From Proteromonas lacertae (Eukaryota): a DNA stretch of 36,354 nucleotides. Shown piece after piece: positions 12,358-23,633 of the stretch; the first letter of the stretch is position 1; every line of letters begins with the position of its first letter. The notes under the pieces were generated by a model. That model did no database searches and was not told where the DNA came from. It saw only the letters and a list, made by a program, of their open reading frames with translations. Where the stretch lies: positions 1 through 36,354 of the forward strand of contig NGBS01000643.1 in NCBI GenBank assembly GCA_002245135.1, given 5' to 3'. The position numbers and the translations under genes were made by a program.

Positions 12358-14301
12358 TTAATTCTTATTATTTTCTGTAATGATCTTTTTTAAACTATTA
12401 TCATATATAAAATTGTAAAGTAAAATATTATATTCTTTATTATAGTTTTTAACTTCTTCAACATTTTTGACACTCACTGTTTTAACATTCTTTCTCTCTA
12501 ATTCATCATTAATATGAAATTTGAATACCTTCTTTATTAGTTCATATTTAGACTTGGATAATCTATATAAAAGTGTCAATTTGTTAATATAATATTCATT
12601 TTCTAGTGACTCTCCATCTTCGATGTATCCAATTTCTTGACACTTTATTGATATATAATATTTCATTAATTGATGTTTCTTAGTATATAAAAATATTTGG
12701 TAATATATATTTTCTTAAACATATTAACTTCTAAACCGATATAATTTTGAAACTTTAATTTTGTTGATATTTTGTTTTAAATCATCTTCAATATCCATCA
12801 CGTCTTTAACACGCTCATATAAGGCATACTGTTTGTAAAATTTTCCTAAATATTTTAAGTTTACATCTGGATCGTATTTGATTGGGTGATCTTGTATTTT
12901 GATATTGGGATTTTTGTAAAATATGTTTCTTTTACTTCTATATCTAGAATATATTATTGTCTTATCTACATTTATATTTAATCCCATATTATTTAATTCC
13001 TCTGTTAAAATATGTGCCTGTTTCTTTAGATCCATATCACTTTCAGACATTAAGATTATATCATCAGCGTACGCTAATACTTTTACTCTTTCTCCATTTA
13101 AGTTCACTCCATAACTTTCTTTATCAATTCTATCTATTAAATCATTGACACATAAATCAAATATAATTGGCTATAATGGATCACCTTGTCTAACACCACG
13201 ATTTTTATTAATGTATTTGAAATATTCGTTTTTACATTTTATTTTCATTTTTAGGTTTCTAAATATCTTCATTATTACTTCATTATCTTTAATATTCAAC
13301 TTTTTTAATACATGTCCAATATAGTCAACGGGTATGTGATCAAATGCACCTTGAATATCTACAAATAACACATTAAGTTGCTTTAATTCAGTATCATCTT
13401 TATAATTTTGAATGATATTATTCAAGATGAAAATATTCTCTTCACATCCACTTTTTCCATTAATAAATCCGCGTTGACTTTTATTAAGCTTAATTTTATC
13501 ATTCTTTATTAACAATTGCAGATTGTCATTGATATACTTTGTATACATTTTGGATATAATATTTTGGAGTTGAATAGGTCTATAATTATTGATATCATCT
13601 TTTTTCTTATTCTTGTTAATCAATATAATTTTTGAAAGACTCCATTGATATGGGAGTTCTTTAATATATAGAAATCCATTGATCAACTCCACCATTAAAC
13701 TTCGAAGCAAGGAATTTTGTTTATACACTTTTAAAGGTATTCCATCTGGACCATAAGCTCCCTTAATATTCATTATGTTAATTATCCTCTTGAAGTCTCT
13801 TTCTGTAATATTCAAATCCAAATCAATTTCCTCATTCAACTTCAACTCTTCATCAACTTCTTTTATATTAATTTTCTTATCCATGTATAATTCTGATAAC
13901 TCTCTTTCAAAGTAATCAATTGATAGGGTTATGTCATTACTTGTATCATTTAGAATATTTTCCACTGTCGTTTTTTCGTTATATTTGAATTTAATATTAT
14001 CAGGAATTTCTATTACTCCATTCAGTTGAAGCTTATATTTATTCTTCTTAGTAATACTATCTGATAATATTATTTGAATTTTATCTGGATTTTCCTTAAT
14101 TTGATCTTTAATATAGTTTGGTAATTTATTATATTCTTTTGCTTCTATATTATTGATAACTTCTTCAAGATGATTGATTTCATCTGTAATATGCTTTTTA
14201 TAACCATTTGGTAGTTTAGGAATTCTATTCTTATTCTTATTGTTATTGTTATTATAAATTGTATTTAGGAATCTATGTATAATTGGTTTTATATTTTCCA
14301 T
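12358..14301 (-). CDS. Retrotransposon reverse transcriptase domain (one in-frame stop and frameshifts)
   Basis: GPDGI, NYRPIQL, QRGF, DIQGAFDHI, GVRQGDPL*P (TAG at 13171-13173), LAYADD, GLNINVDKT, KYLG. Confidence 0.95.
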
Positions 14302-14516
14302 TTGATTTTCACTGATTATAGTTGATCTATTTGGTATATATTGAACTAAATAAACATATCTATTTAATGTTTTTGTTAAACGATCATTTAATCTACAGTA
14401 TGTTGACTTTGATAAATTATCCTAGTTAATTTTATCGTACCAACAATTTGTTACACTGTGATTATTAATGTAGTATAAATGTAGATCAATGTTTGTTAAT
14501 CTTGGTACATCAGCAA

Positions 14517-15388
14517 TCATATCCTTATATTTTCTATATTGAAATTTTCATTCTCATTAAAATTTGTAAAATCTTGGTTAAAAGCTTGAGTATTTTCACT
14601 TTTTGATAAATCAACATTATCACCATTATTAATATCATTATTAACTTCATCAAGCTTGTAGTACTGTTTTGAATGCATCTGTGACTGATGCCTTGATAAA
14701 CTTATCTTTGAAGGAAATTTTCTGAAACATCCATCAAATTTACAAACATATTTATAATTTCCACTATGATTCTTGAGTTGATGTTTTGATATTGTATTTT
14801 TTGTAAAGTATTTATCGCAATATAAACATTGAACTATTTCAGAGTTAATTGATTTTTTCATTGTTTTTGGTATTTCATAACTGCTAGTATCTATATTTAC
14901 ATCTTCAAATTCTTTCAATATTTCATCTACATCTTTCATATCAACTTTATAATAATCATTTCTACTATTCATTACATTATTAACTAGTTCATCAGCTTCA
15001 TTCATTACTATATTATTATGTTTCATTAATTTCTCTTCTTTAACACTGAACTTACCATTTATTTGATTCACTAAGAGCTGACTATCCAAGAATATTATCA
15101 CATTTTTAAATCCCATTTTAATACATTCTCTTACTCCAAGTATTATTCCTACATATTCTGCTATATTATTGGTAGCGCATTCAATATATTTTTGAAATTT
15201 GTATATATTGTCTCCATTAAATATTACAGCACCACTTCCTGCTATTCTTAATATTATTGGCTCTTCAGATTCATCTAATGATGAGGATATATATATAACT
15301 ATTTCTTCTTCTTCATTCACTTTTACTATTTCATTTTCATATTCTATTTTTGTTGCGACTTCATTTACTGTATTATCAGAGATTGTAT
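14517..15388 (-). CDS. Retrotransposon RNase H-like domain plus two C2H2 zinc fingers
   Basis: AGSGAVI, TNNIAEY, FLDSQLLVNQING, NEADELVN resemble archaeal/plant-type RNase HI. The first catalytic Asp is not evident and part of the domain looks deleted. Fingers are CLYC..HQLKNH and CKFDGC..HQSQMH. The ORF-track N-terminus comes from element B. Confidence 0.8.
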
Positions 15389-15405
15389 TATATATATATA
15401 GTATA

Positions 15406-15604
15406 TAAATGGGACCCTGGGACATTGTCACAGAGTTCTAACGAGTGTTCTAGGGGTCCGTCCCTTTCTAGATTCAGAGTTGACTTTTACGGGAGCTTCA
15501 TCGATTGCATCGATGAAGCTCCCGTAAAGGTCAACTCTGAATCTAGAAGGGGACTCCTAGAACACTCGTTAGAACTCTGTGACAATGTCCCAGGGTCCCA
15601 TTTA
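15406..15604. repeat. Left terminal palindrome of element B
   Basis: Arms 15406-15505 and 15509-15604 are near-perfect reverse complements (one 4-nt gap, a few mismatches) around a TGC loop. Confidence 0.95.
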
Positions 15605-16050
15605 CGTAAGGTTCCTACGGGATTCCTCCCAACAGGGTCTACTTCTCAACAGGGTCTACTTCTATACGGGGACTCCTCTAAGCTATTTCCATACTTATCT
15701 ATGAGACGATCTCCTACGGGGACTCCTGGAAGCTATCTAGAAGTGTTGGTTACCTCGAGGTGATGAATCTAATCACGCTCTTGACTCTCCTTGCTACGCT
15801 GGTGACCTTGTAAGGGCTTTTAATTGAACCGTGGAAACCAATCGTGGAACCGGGAGTTTACAATTGGTAACAAGTTAACAATTGTAAACAAGTTACCAAA
15901 TGATAACTACGGGAGGTTCTAGCTAGTTATAGATTTCTCAAGGGCCCTTGAAGATAATGATTAGCAATCTCGGAAGGCTTCTGAAGGTATGCTTTTCTTA
16001 CTATATCTAGGAACAACCCGACAACTACAAGAGACTAACAAGACTGAGAA

Positions 16051-17154
16051 TTACTTAGTCGATGATAAATTAACTAGTGCGTCTAGAGCATCTTCCATTA
16101 CCTGGTGATTGCTTAGCTCAGAGAATCGTCTATCGATGTATTGCTTTAGCTGAGTGATGTTGAATTGCAAGGAGTAGGAGAATTGAAGGAGGTCCAATTC
16201 ATGAAGTAGATAATTACGAAGGCTAGCTGCTAGCTCAATTCCCTTGTAATATTGCGGGTCCTTGAGGATAGGTATATCAAAGATAGCACTTACTGATTGT
16301 TTCACTTGATCGTAGAAGCTACCAGTCACTGTTGATGGGAACTGAGTCTTGACTTCTCCGGTGCTTACATCTAAGCTACTTTCAAAGGCCTTACAATAGC
16401 TTTCTAACTCAAGGTGGATCTTATCGAATTGACTTACTACTTGAAGAACATTGTCCTGGACGATCATCCGATGAATATGAAGATTATCAATATCCTTGAA
16501 CCTGAAGTAGTTGATAAGCACTTGCCCGTAGTTGATAAGTAAACCATCCTTTACAGCTCTCAGTATCGATACTAAGTCCAAATTCTTACTTACCAGGTGC
16601 CTGTACCTTTTAATAGCAATATATGACTCCTTGCTCTTACATCGGAGATTCATCTTCATTGTTATCAATGCCTTATCATGATAGCAGTCCAAGGAAGTCC
16701 TCAGTAGTAGTAACTTGTAATGGGCTATGATCAATGGTAGGTATAAAGGATCGGTAATCTTGAAGCTCTTAAGTACTCCATCGTAAAGCTTAGAGATCTC
16801 AGTAAGTTGCGGACTTACCTTGTTGAAGACTTTAAGATAATCCTGAACGTTAATGGGAGTGTCTTCTACGTCCTTACCATGAATGATAGCAGAGTCCAGA
16901 GTTACCTTGCTATGGATTATCGGGCTGATGTACTTATCAATGGCTTCCTTGTTCCGATATGGTTTACCATCGATGCGTAGTTTAAGTAAAGTCATGGTGA
17001 TCTCTTCAATGGACTTACGATAGTTGGTAACTCTCTCTGTTAAGGTACGACGATAAATTCCAGGCATGACTTTCATTCTCGGCAAGTGGCTCTCAACTCT
17101 CGGAGTCTTTGAAGGTGCAATGGGAACGTAGCTATGTTTTCTCTTGACGGACAT
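16051..17154 (-). CDS. Element B orphan helical protein, family 1 (paralogue of 19289..20377)
   Basis: Intact 367-aa ORF with an N-terminal KRK. ILKDPQYY..LRNYLL matches ILNDPEYY..LRDYLL in the paralogue. Confidence 0.8.
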   Translation of the reverse strand: MSVKRKHSYVPIAPSKTPRVESHLPRMKVMPGIYRRTLTERVTNYRKSIEEITMTLLKLRIDGKPYRNKEAIDKYISPIIHSKVTLDSAIIHGKDVEDTPINVQDYLKVFNKVSPQLTEISKLYDGVLKSFKITDPLYLPLIIAHYKLLLLRTSLDCYHDKALITMKMNLRCKSKESYIAIKRYRHLVSKNLDLVSILRAVKDGLLINYGQVLINYFRFKDIDNLHIHRMIVQDNVLQVVSQFDKIHLELESYCKAFESSLDVSTGEVKTQFPSTVTGSFYDQVKQSVSAIFDIPILKDPQYYKGIELAASLRNYLLHELDLLQFSYSLQFNITQLKQYIDRRFSELSNHQVMEDALDALVNLSSTK

Positions 17155-17370
17155 TTGCGATGATGATTTTAAAGGAAAAGTACAACTACAGATTTCTGTC
17201 GATTCAAAGGACTGAGTTTACAATTACGACTTACCGATGTTAGTTGAATTAGTTTAAGGTATTATCAAGGACTAGGATAAGTTAATGAACAGGTAAGGCA
17301 AGACATCTACGATAAGGTAAAGTCATCGGGCAATCGATAGTAAGCAATTTTCTAGAGCTTCAAAGGAATC

Positions 17371-17946
17371 ATGTTCACTTGTAGTAAATGCCATCGGAAG
17401 CTACCTCAAGAACAGAAGAAGGATGGGAAGGGCTTCTACAAGAGATGCTATAGCTGCCGTGAGCGTGATGAGATTAATAGAAGACGATATCGACTTAAAT
17501 GTTTAGCACGAAGACAAGGCATAGAGTCAGGTAGAATTTCATCGGATGGAACACTACCTTGTTGTCTTTGCTATCATAACATACCGGTGAATTCATTCCT
17601 GAAGAAGACTGGAGGTTACTATAAGTGCTGCGATCAATGTAGGAGTATCAGCAAACAGTATCATAAGAGAATGAAGGAATTCAATCGCCAGCTCAACATC
17701 ATCGACAACTCCAATATTAAAGATGTTCAATCAACTAATCAAGGTAAAGTCATCTCCTCCGAGGAAGGTGCTTCTGATAAAGTTATACTCAAGGACTATC
17801 CCATACAGGTGAACTTATCGGTGTTAGCAAAGCCAGACAATGCCGAGGTAATCAACTCCGAGGAAGCGCATAAGGAGACGTTCATCGATCAAGTAAAGCG
17901 TGGATTCCAAGAGCTACTTAAGATGTTCGGACTCAACAAGAACTAG
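17371..17946 (+). CDS. Element B protein with two tandem CxxC...CxxCR zinc-binding repeats
   Basis: CSKC..GFYKRCYSCR and CCLC..GYYKCCDQCR, each followed by a basic helix. Confidence 0.75.
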   Translation: MFTCSKCHRKLPQEQKKDGKGFYKRCYSCRERDEINRRRYRLKCLARRQGIESGRISSDGTLPCCLCYHNIPVNSFLKKTGGYYKCCDQCRSISKQYHKRMKEFNRQLNIIDNSNIKDVQSTNQGKVISSEEGASDKVILKDYPIQVNLSVLAKPDNAEVINSEEAHKETFIDQVKRGFQELLKMFGLNKN

Positions 17947-18109
17947 GAACTGGGATCATGATCAAGACAATGATGAGTAAGTCAATGGAGGCCACTACAA
18001 TTAACTCAAGGAAGGTAAAGACCCGATAAGGAATAGACAAGGTACTGAAGGATAGGTGATCATCAGCTAGTTAGCAAATTCTCTTTACCTAGCAATTCAA
18101 GTCCCCAAC

Positions 18110-18397
18110 ATGAATATCATCCTCCGAGTAATTATAGTCTCCTTACAAGATGCCCTCAATTACTTATACGAGAACGATCTGCTAATGTTTATGCTCCTGA
18201 CTAACGTGATGGCAATTGGAATTATCGGTACCTTCCTTCTTTGTTTCAACTTTGCTAAGTGGTGTTGGACTTGTAGTAAGTGTTGTTGTAGATGGTGCTG
18301 CTTCCTCGGGAGTATTGTAGTTACCTTCATCGGCCTCTTCATAATAGTCACGATCATTACCTTGGTAAGCAATGGAACGCCCGTAGTTGTTAGTTAA
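18110..18397 (+). CDS. Element B small two-TM protein with Cys-rich loop
   Basis: Two hydrophobic segments separated by KWCWTCSKCCCRWCC. Confidence 0.6.
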   Translation: MNIILRVIIVSLQDALNYLYENDLLMFMLLTNVMAIGIIGTFLLCFNFAKWCWTCSKCCCRWCCFLGSIVVTFIGLFIIVTIITLVSNGTPVVVS

Positions 18398-18610
18398 GCC
18401 TTACAGCTTCGGTCTTTACAATGATGTGGTATGGGGATGATCATTAACAATAAACCAAGGAGTTCAAAGGCCTTTAAGTTAAAGATCTGAAGAAGATGGA
18501 AGCTCCCTAGAAGTCAACTCCGAGAAGACAGCTTCAAGAAGACAGCTTCAAGAACGTGACCATGAAGTTGTAACCCAACACAAGGCAAAGTAACTATGCT
18601 TATGATATTA

Positions 18611-19153
18611 TCAATAATAATAATTAGTCAAGGAGTTGATTAGGGATTCAGTATCGTCCAGGGACCTCTGGAGGCCATCAGCATCATCAATGATCATCTC
18701 CAGGTAGTTGAAGGATTCAGAAGGTGGAATGGCTAAATCATTATCATGAAGCTGTAGGAGTCGGTACTCACGGAGTGTAGAGAGCTTAGTACGGATGATT
18801 GAGTAGATCCCATAAATGTCAACGATGTCAGCTTCATGTAAACAACCATTGGGACTTCTATCTTGAGCAGCTAGCAAGTCATCACGATCTTTCATGATAA
18901 GGTAAGTCAAGGACCATAGTTCATCCCTAAGTTCTCCATGCCTGAGGTAATTCTCGAGATCATTATCTGAGTCGTAAAAGTTTAGCTGAGGGTGCTCCCT
19001 GATTAAGCTTCCCATCATTCTATTGTAGTGGTTGTAAAGAGTAGTGGATTTAAGAAGACATCTCCTGGTAAGCTTCACACACCTGTCTACAACCTGCTTA
19101 TCGATGACTCCATTAGCATTGATATTGAAATGGACTGGCGATCTCTTAGTCAT
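18611..19153 (-). CDS. Element B hypothetical protein (180 aa)
   Basis: Intact ORF. Its upstream context resembles that of the gene starting at 20377. Weak LIREHPQL similarity to family 2. Confidence 0.7.
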   Translation of the reverse strand: MTKRSPVHFNINANGVIDKQVVDRCVKLTRRCLLKSTTLYNHYNRMMGSLIREHPQLNFYDSDNDLENYLRHGELRDELWSLTYLIMKDRDDLLAAQDRSPNGCLHEADIVDIYGIYSIIRTKLSTLREYRLLQLHDNDLAIPPSESFNYLEMIIDDADGLQRSLDDTESLINSLTNYYY

Positions 19154-19288
19154 GATAAGTGCGTATGCAACTAAAGCAAGAGATTTTTTTCAAAGGTAAG
19201 GAAATTAATCAATACAGGAGATATTCAAGGAGATGATCAACCCAACACAAGACAAGAAGCAAAGGTAAGGACTAGATTATAACTTATG

Positions 19289-20377
19289 CTAGTTACTGAG
19301 AGTCTGGATTGCTATCGATGATATGGACAAGGATGATAGAATCTCTTGATCCTTGTGAGTTCTACGATCAACGATCTCCTTACCGAGTAGGTAATACTTA
19401 TTGATAAACTCCTTAAGGGACTTCGTAGCATTAGCCAGGCGATTGATCATAGGTAAGATGTTGAAGCAGTTAAGCAAGTAGTCTCGGAGTACACTTACTG
19501 AAGGAGATGCATTGTAGTACTCAGGATCGTTAAGGATGTCAAGACCATAAACACGATGGAAGGTAGCTTCTCCTAGCTCACGTAGATCAGTCCTTGGATC
19601 ACAAGTCCCTAGTAGTAATAGTTTTCTAGGATCAATGTTACGCCTTACGATATCCAGGTTATTATCAACTATCGCTAGCAACCCATTCAACTCATTGACG
19701 ATAACTGAGAACTGATCGTAGATCGCTTGATGGTACTTCTCGGACTTTGCTGGATCGTGATATTCAAGTGTAGTGAAGAGTAACCTACAATACCCAGTGA
19801 TGATCGTGGGGATTAAGCACTCTAGCTGTAAATGAACATCATAGGAAGCATCCTCCATCTCCTTCCAGGCATCCACAAGGAACTTCTCTTGGAGGTTGTG
19901 GACAATGACAGCTCCATGGAAATGTTGATGATAAGACTGCCCGTAGTACTTTATCTGGTTATTCAGAGAGTAAAGGTAATGCATGGAGGTGATCAAGTGA
20001 AAGGTCAAGGGATTGTGAGCTCCCCATCCAGCCTTGGTAGATTCGTAAAGTATCTCTAGTTCAACAAGGTCTTCTCGGAACTTGGCAAGGAGAAGACTAT
20101 AGCCTGGGTAAGATGGAGTTGTTCTGAAGAGCTTAAGTATCGGATCATTTTTCAATTGCTTATGGAGGATCTGAGTGATTGGGTTCAACAACTGAGGGAA
20201 ATGGAAGATGAAGGTCTTGTTAAGTAAGAGGTGGAAGATGATCGTGCATATCGGCTGAAGGCTCCTTAAATATCTACTGTGATGGAAGGATACTTGGAAG
20301 ATGCAATCATCTGGTAAGGCAAAGGCTCTTCGGAATGGATAGACAGGAGATGATACAATGGCTAAGTCAAAGTTCAT
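19289..20377 (-). CDS. Element B orphan helical protein, family 1
   Basis: Long intact ORF; first ATG is at 20377. Shares motifs with 16051..17154. Confidence 0.8.
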   Translation of the reverse strand: MNFDLAIVSSPVYPFRRAFALPDDCIFQVSFHHSRYLRSLQPICTIIFHLLLNKTFIFHFPQLLNPITQILHKQLKNDPILKLFRTTPSYPGYSLLLAKFREDLVELEILYESTKAGWGAHNPLTFHLITSMHYLYSLNNQIKYYGQSYHQHFHGAVIVHNLQEKFLVDAWKEMEDASYDVHLQLECLIPTIITGYCRLLFTTLEYHDPAKSEKYHQAIYDQFSVIVNELNGLLAIVDNNLDIVRRNIDPRKLLLLGTCDPRTDLRELGEATFHRVYGLDILNDPEYYNASPSVSVLRDYLLNCFNILPMINRLANATKSLKEFINKYYLLGKEIVDRRTHKDQEILSSLSISSIAIQTLSN

Positions 20378-20705
20378 GATAAGCAAAAGTAAAGATGAGA
20401 TTTTCAAAGGACCTAGAAATTTGCGAATGCCTGGAACGTCGATTCACAAGCTCCTGAGAATTGATTATCTGTAAAATGCAATTCAAGGTTATCCAAAAGT
20501 TTTATACCCCTAACTAACACCGTACACCAACTAACACCGTACCCCATACAGATTAGAGCTGGTAATTATGACCATGATAATGTCAATGAGGTAATTGTTA
20601 CAAGTACACATTACGGATGTTCATAGTTTTAATTCAAATTAGTTATGAAAACTAGTCGTTAGCAGTCCAACAACAAACAAGGTACTTAGAAAGAATAAGG
20701 TAAAG

Positions 20706-21786
20706 TTAATTATTATGCTCAAGGACAAGGGTAGTCTGGATCTTGTTTAAGGTATCGCTCAAGACTATCCAGCTCTTACGAAGATCTCTTAGAGAGTCAA
20801 CAACCAGCTTTAGCTTCTCTTCAGCTTTACTTCCCTCGTATACAAACTTATTCTTTGGTAGGAGTACTTCACACGTCTCAAAGAATTCCAGATCTTCATT
20901 GTCAGCCATAGGAAGGATATCTTCAAGGGCACTGATAATCCTTAGTAGACCAGCACCATTCATCAGATGGACTGTTGCATCAATGGGTTTAAACTCTTCC
21001 TTTAGATCCTCAAGGGACTCCTCCACATCCTCGTAATGCAACTGCTCAGGGTCGTTCTCAGCTAGGTATGGATGAGTAGCAATAAGCTCATTCTTATAGT
21101 CCTGGAATCGACTGGAGAAGTTATTCAGATGGTTACTTATATTCCTGGAAGTATCATTAGCTGTACCAAGCAATCCAAGGAAGGAACCAAAGTCAATGAA
21201 GTCAGGGTCTGGATGAACAGCTTCCTTGAAGTAGTTCATTAGCTTCTCGGCAGTGTCATAAGCCTTATCCACATAGCTACGCATATCCCGGATAACTCTG
21301 AAGGGATACTCACTGGTATCGTAGAGATCAGTAAGATGGTCCTGGACGCTTTCAATTGAATAATAGATGGAGCTTTGGATATTGAACCATGTATACTCAC
21401 CGTGCTTACCATTGAACTTTACTGGTAGCTTTTCAACTTATCGATATCCCCTTTAGCATCAATCAACTCATCGCAAGCAAGCACGAGCTTATCAAAGGCA
21501 GCATTGGGAAAGACGATCTTACCACGGGTCTCATTGAAGCAATTATCGAAGATACCTACCAAGGATTCATAAAGGGAACTGACACCAGCAACATACTTCT
21601 TGAGGAGTAAGGAACTATCAGTAGTTGTAAAAGCTTCAACATTATCAGGCTCATGTAGACTCGGAAGGATCTTTACCTAGTAGATGATAGTAAGGATTGG
21701 TATACTCTCTTGACCACTGGAGGAGATAGCTCATCCTCGGAGGAGTCAGAAATAACTGAAGTACACATACAAGATCGTTTTGACAT
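20706..21786 (-). CDS. Element B orphan protein, family 2 (frameshifted)
   Basis: Starts MSKR at 21786. FNETRGKIVFPN..FD, YTWF, DFIDFG, HPYLAENDPE match the neighbouring gene. Confidence 0.7.
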
Positions 21787-22048
21787 GGTAAATTACGTAA
21801 TTGACAAAGTATTAGAAGCGCAAGAAATTTGAAACTAGATGAAGTGTCGATTCATAAGCATTAATTGTAAAATGCCAAGATGCAATACATAGTACCAATG
21901 TACTAGGTATTGATAGTAAGTACACAGTACTATTGTATTTAGTTATTGTCAGAATAGATTTGAAAAGTAGTCGTTATCAACCCCAGAACAACAACAACAA
22001 GGTACTTAAGAAAGGTACTTAACATGGTACTTAACAAGAAGCTTAAGT

Positions 22049-23007
22049 TTATTCATCATCCTTATACTCACCACTAACCACTCTAGAGAGCTTAGTAAAG
22101 GCATCAACAGCGATAGACCAGTTCTTCTTGATACCCACAATGGATTCAATTACTTGCTTCAACAGTTCCTCAGCCATGTCTCCTTCGGGAATCAACATAT
22201 TATGCAGTTGTAGTATTTCTTCTTTCTCAAGGAACTCAAAGATGTCCTTGTAGTCATCTATAGGATCTAGCTTCTCCAAGGTATCCTCGATATTTTGGAG
22301 AAGACATGTTAGAAATGAACTAGTACCATGGCATATATTACTATCTGCATCCTTCAATTCCTTAAAGCACTTTTCTACCATCCTACAGCCTAACAACTCA
22401 GGGTTATGTTCAGCTAAGTATGGATGATGCTTGTAAAGCTCCTTCTTATACTCCGGGAATTTCTTCTCTCTCAAATCCTCCAGGGAGCGTTCAAATTCAT
22501 GTTGAGAGTGAAGGAATATATCTTCCACTCTTCGGTAAGTACCGAAGTCAACAAATCCATCCTCATCCTTTGGAGTGTCCAATAAACAATTCAAGACCCT
22601 TTCAATAACTTCAGCAGCTTCATTGATGTACTCAGTAAATGGTGCAGTAACAGACTGAGGGCGTGTCTGAAGCTCAGTTAAATTAATTTCCCTTCCTTTG
22701 ATAGACAAGTATATGGAGGCTTGTTTACGGAACCAATGATATCTAGCATCCTGCATTCGTACTTTGAAGGTATCAATTCAATCTCATGGAGTTCATACAG
22801 AACATCCTCCCAGCCACGGTATATTTCGAATAGTCTATCGAAGACGTAATTTGGAAAGAAGAACTTACCGCTGGTCTCTCGGAAGGCTTTATCCATACAA
22901 TCAGCCCAGGACTGATGAGCAGCTAGGAGATCAGCAAGGTACTTTTTATGCTGAGGAGATAGCTTAAAGGATCCAGAAGTCTTCATGTCAGTATCTCTTT
23001 TTGACAT
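22049..23007 (-). CDS. Element B orphan protein, family 2 (one frameshift near 22760)
   Basis: ORFs 22678..23007 and 22049..22756. MSKR, FRETSGKFFFPN..FD, YHWF, GFVDFG, HPYLAEHNPE. Confidence 0.75.
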
Positions 23008-23358
23008 GGTAAATTAGGTAATTGACAAAGTTTAAAAAAGTGTAAGAAATTTGAAACTAGAAGAAGTGTCGATTCATAACCATTAATTGTAAAATGGAAT
23101 TAGTACCAGTGTATTGGGTATTAGTCAAAATAGAATTGAATTTAGTAGTTACAAGATAGTCATAATAGAATTGCAAACTAGTCGTTTCAATATATGAAGG
23201 TATATATACATGATTGAAGGTTCATTTCCTTGGGGGGCGTAGCCCGAATGGTCAGAGGAATGCCCTAGGAAGTACTAGCCCAGCCGGGTAGCCCAGCAGG
23301 GTTCAAATCTTGCAAAGGAAATAAAAGTTAAATAGGCGCAGCGCAGCGAGCATGAGAA

Positions 23359-23457
23359 AGATCCCCGTAGGGAAATAGACCCCGTAGGAAGTATACGCCG
23401 TAGGGAAGAAGACCCCGTTGAGAAGTAGACCCTGTTGGGAGGAATCCCGTAGGAACC
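23359..23457. repeat. Degenerate 17-18-bp subterminal tandem repeats of element B
   Basis: About six units like GACCCCGTAGGGAAGTA. Inverted counterparts at about 15612-15725, and related units in element A (about 3640-3665 and 5385-5418). Confidence 0.75.
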
Positions 23458-23462
23458 TTACG

Positions 23463-23633
23463 TAAATGGGACCCTGGAACATTGTCACAGAGTTCGAAGG
23501 AGTGTTCTAGGAGTCCGTCCCTTTCTAGATGCAATCGATGAAGCTCCCGTAAAGGTCAACTCTGAATCTAGAAGGGGACGGACTCCTAGAACACTCCTTC
23601 GAACTCTGTGACAATGTCCCAGGGTCCCATTTA
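23463..23633. repeat. Right terminal palindrome of element B (inner arm lacks about 30 nt next to the loop)
   Basis: TAAATGGGACCCTGG...CCAGGGTCCCATTTA with self-complementary arms. Confidence 0.9.

Noticed and set aside
7432..13173. Alternative genetic code (TAA/TAG read as Gln) suggested by in-frame stops in the HSP70 fragment and RT
   Set aside because: The Gln-rich 721-aa CCDC146 exon has no TAA/TAG, ORFs end in TAA/TAG, and the RT stop replaces a conserved Ser (GDPLSP).
15350..15763. ORFs 15350..15763, 23303..23488, 23328..23534 and 5295..5543 sharing peptides such as IVYKWDPG
   Set aside because: They are translations of the TIR/palindrome DNA; the similarity reflects the repeats, not a protein family.
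16051..23007. Transposase, TnpB/Fanzor, HUH Rep, pPolB or capsid among element B ORFs
   Set aside because: No DDE, RuvC, HUH/SF3 helicase or PolB motifs are recognisable by eye. Remote homology cannot be excluded without profile or structure searches.
23359..23457. Possible CRISPR-like array
   Set aside because: The units are degenerate, contiguous and lack unique spacers; there are no cas genes and the context is eukaryotic.
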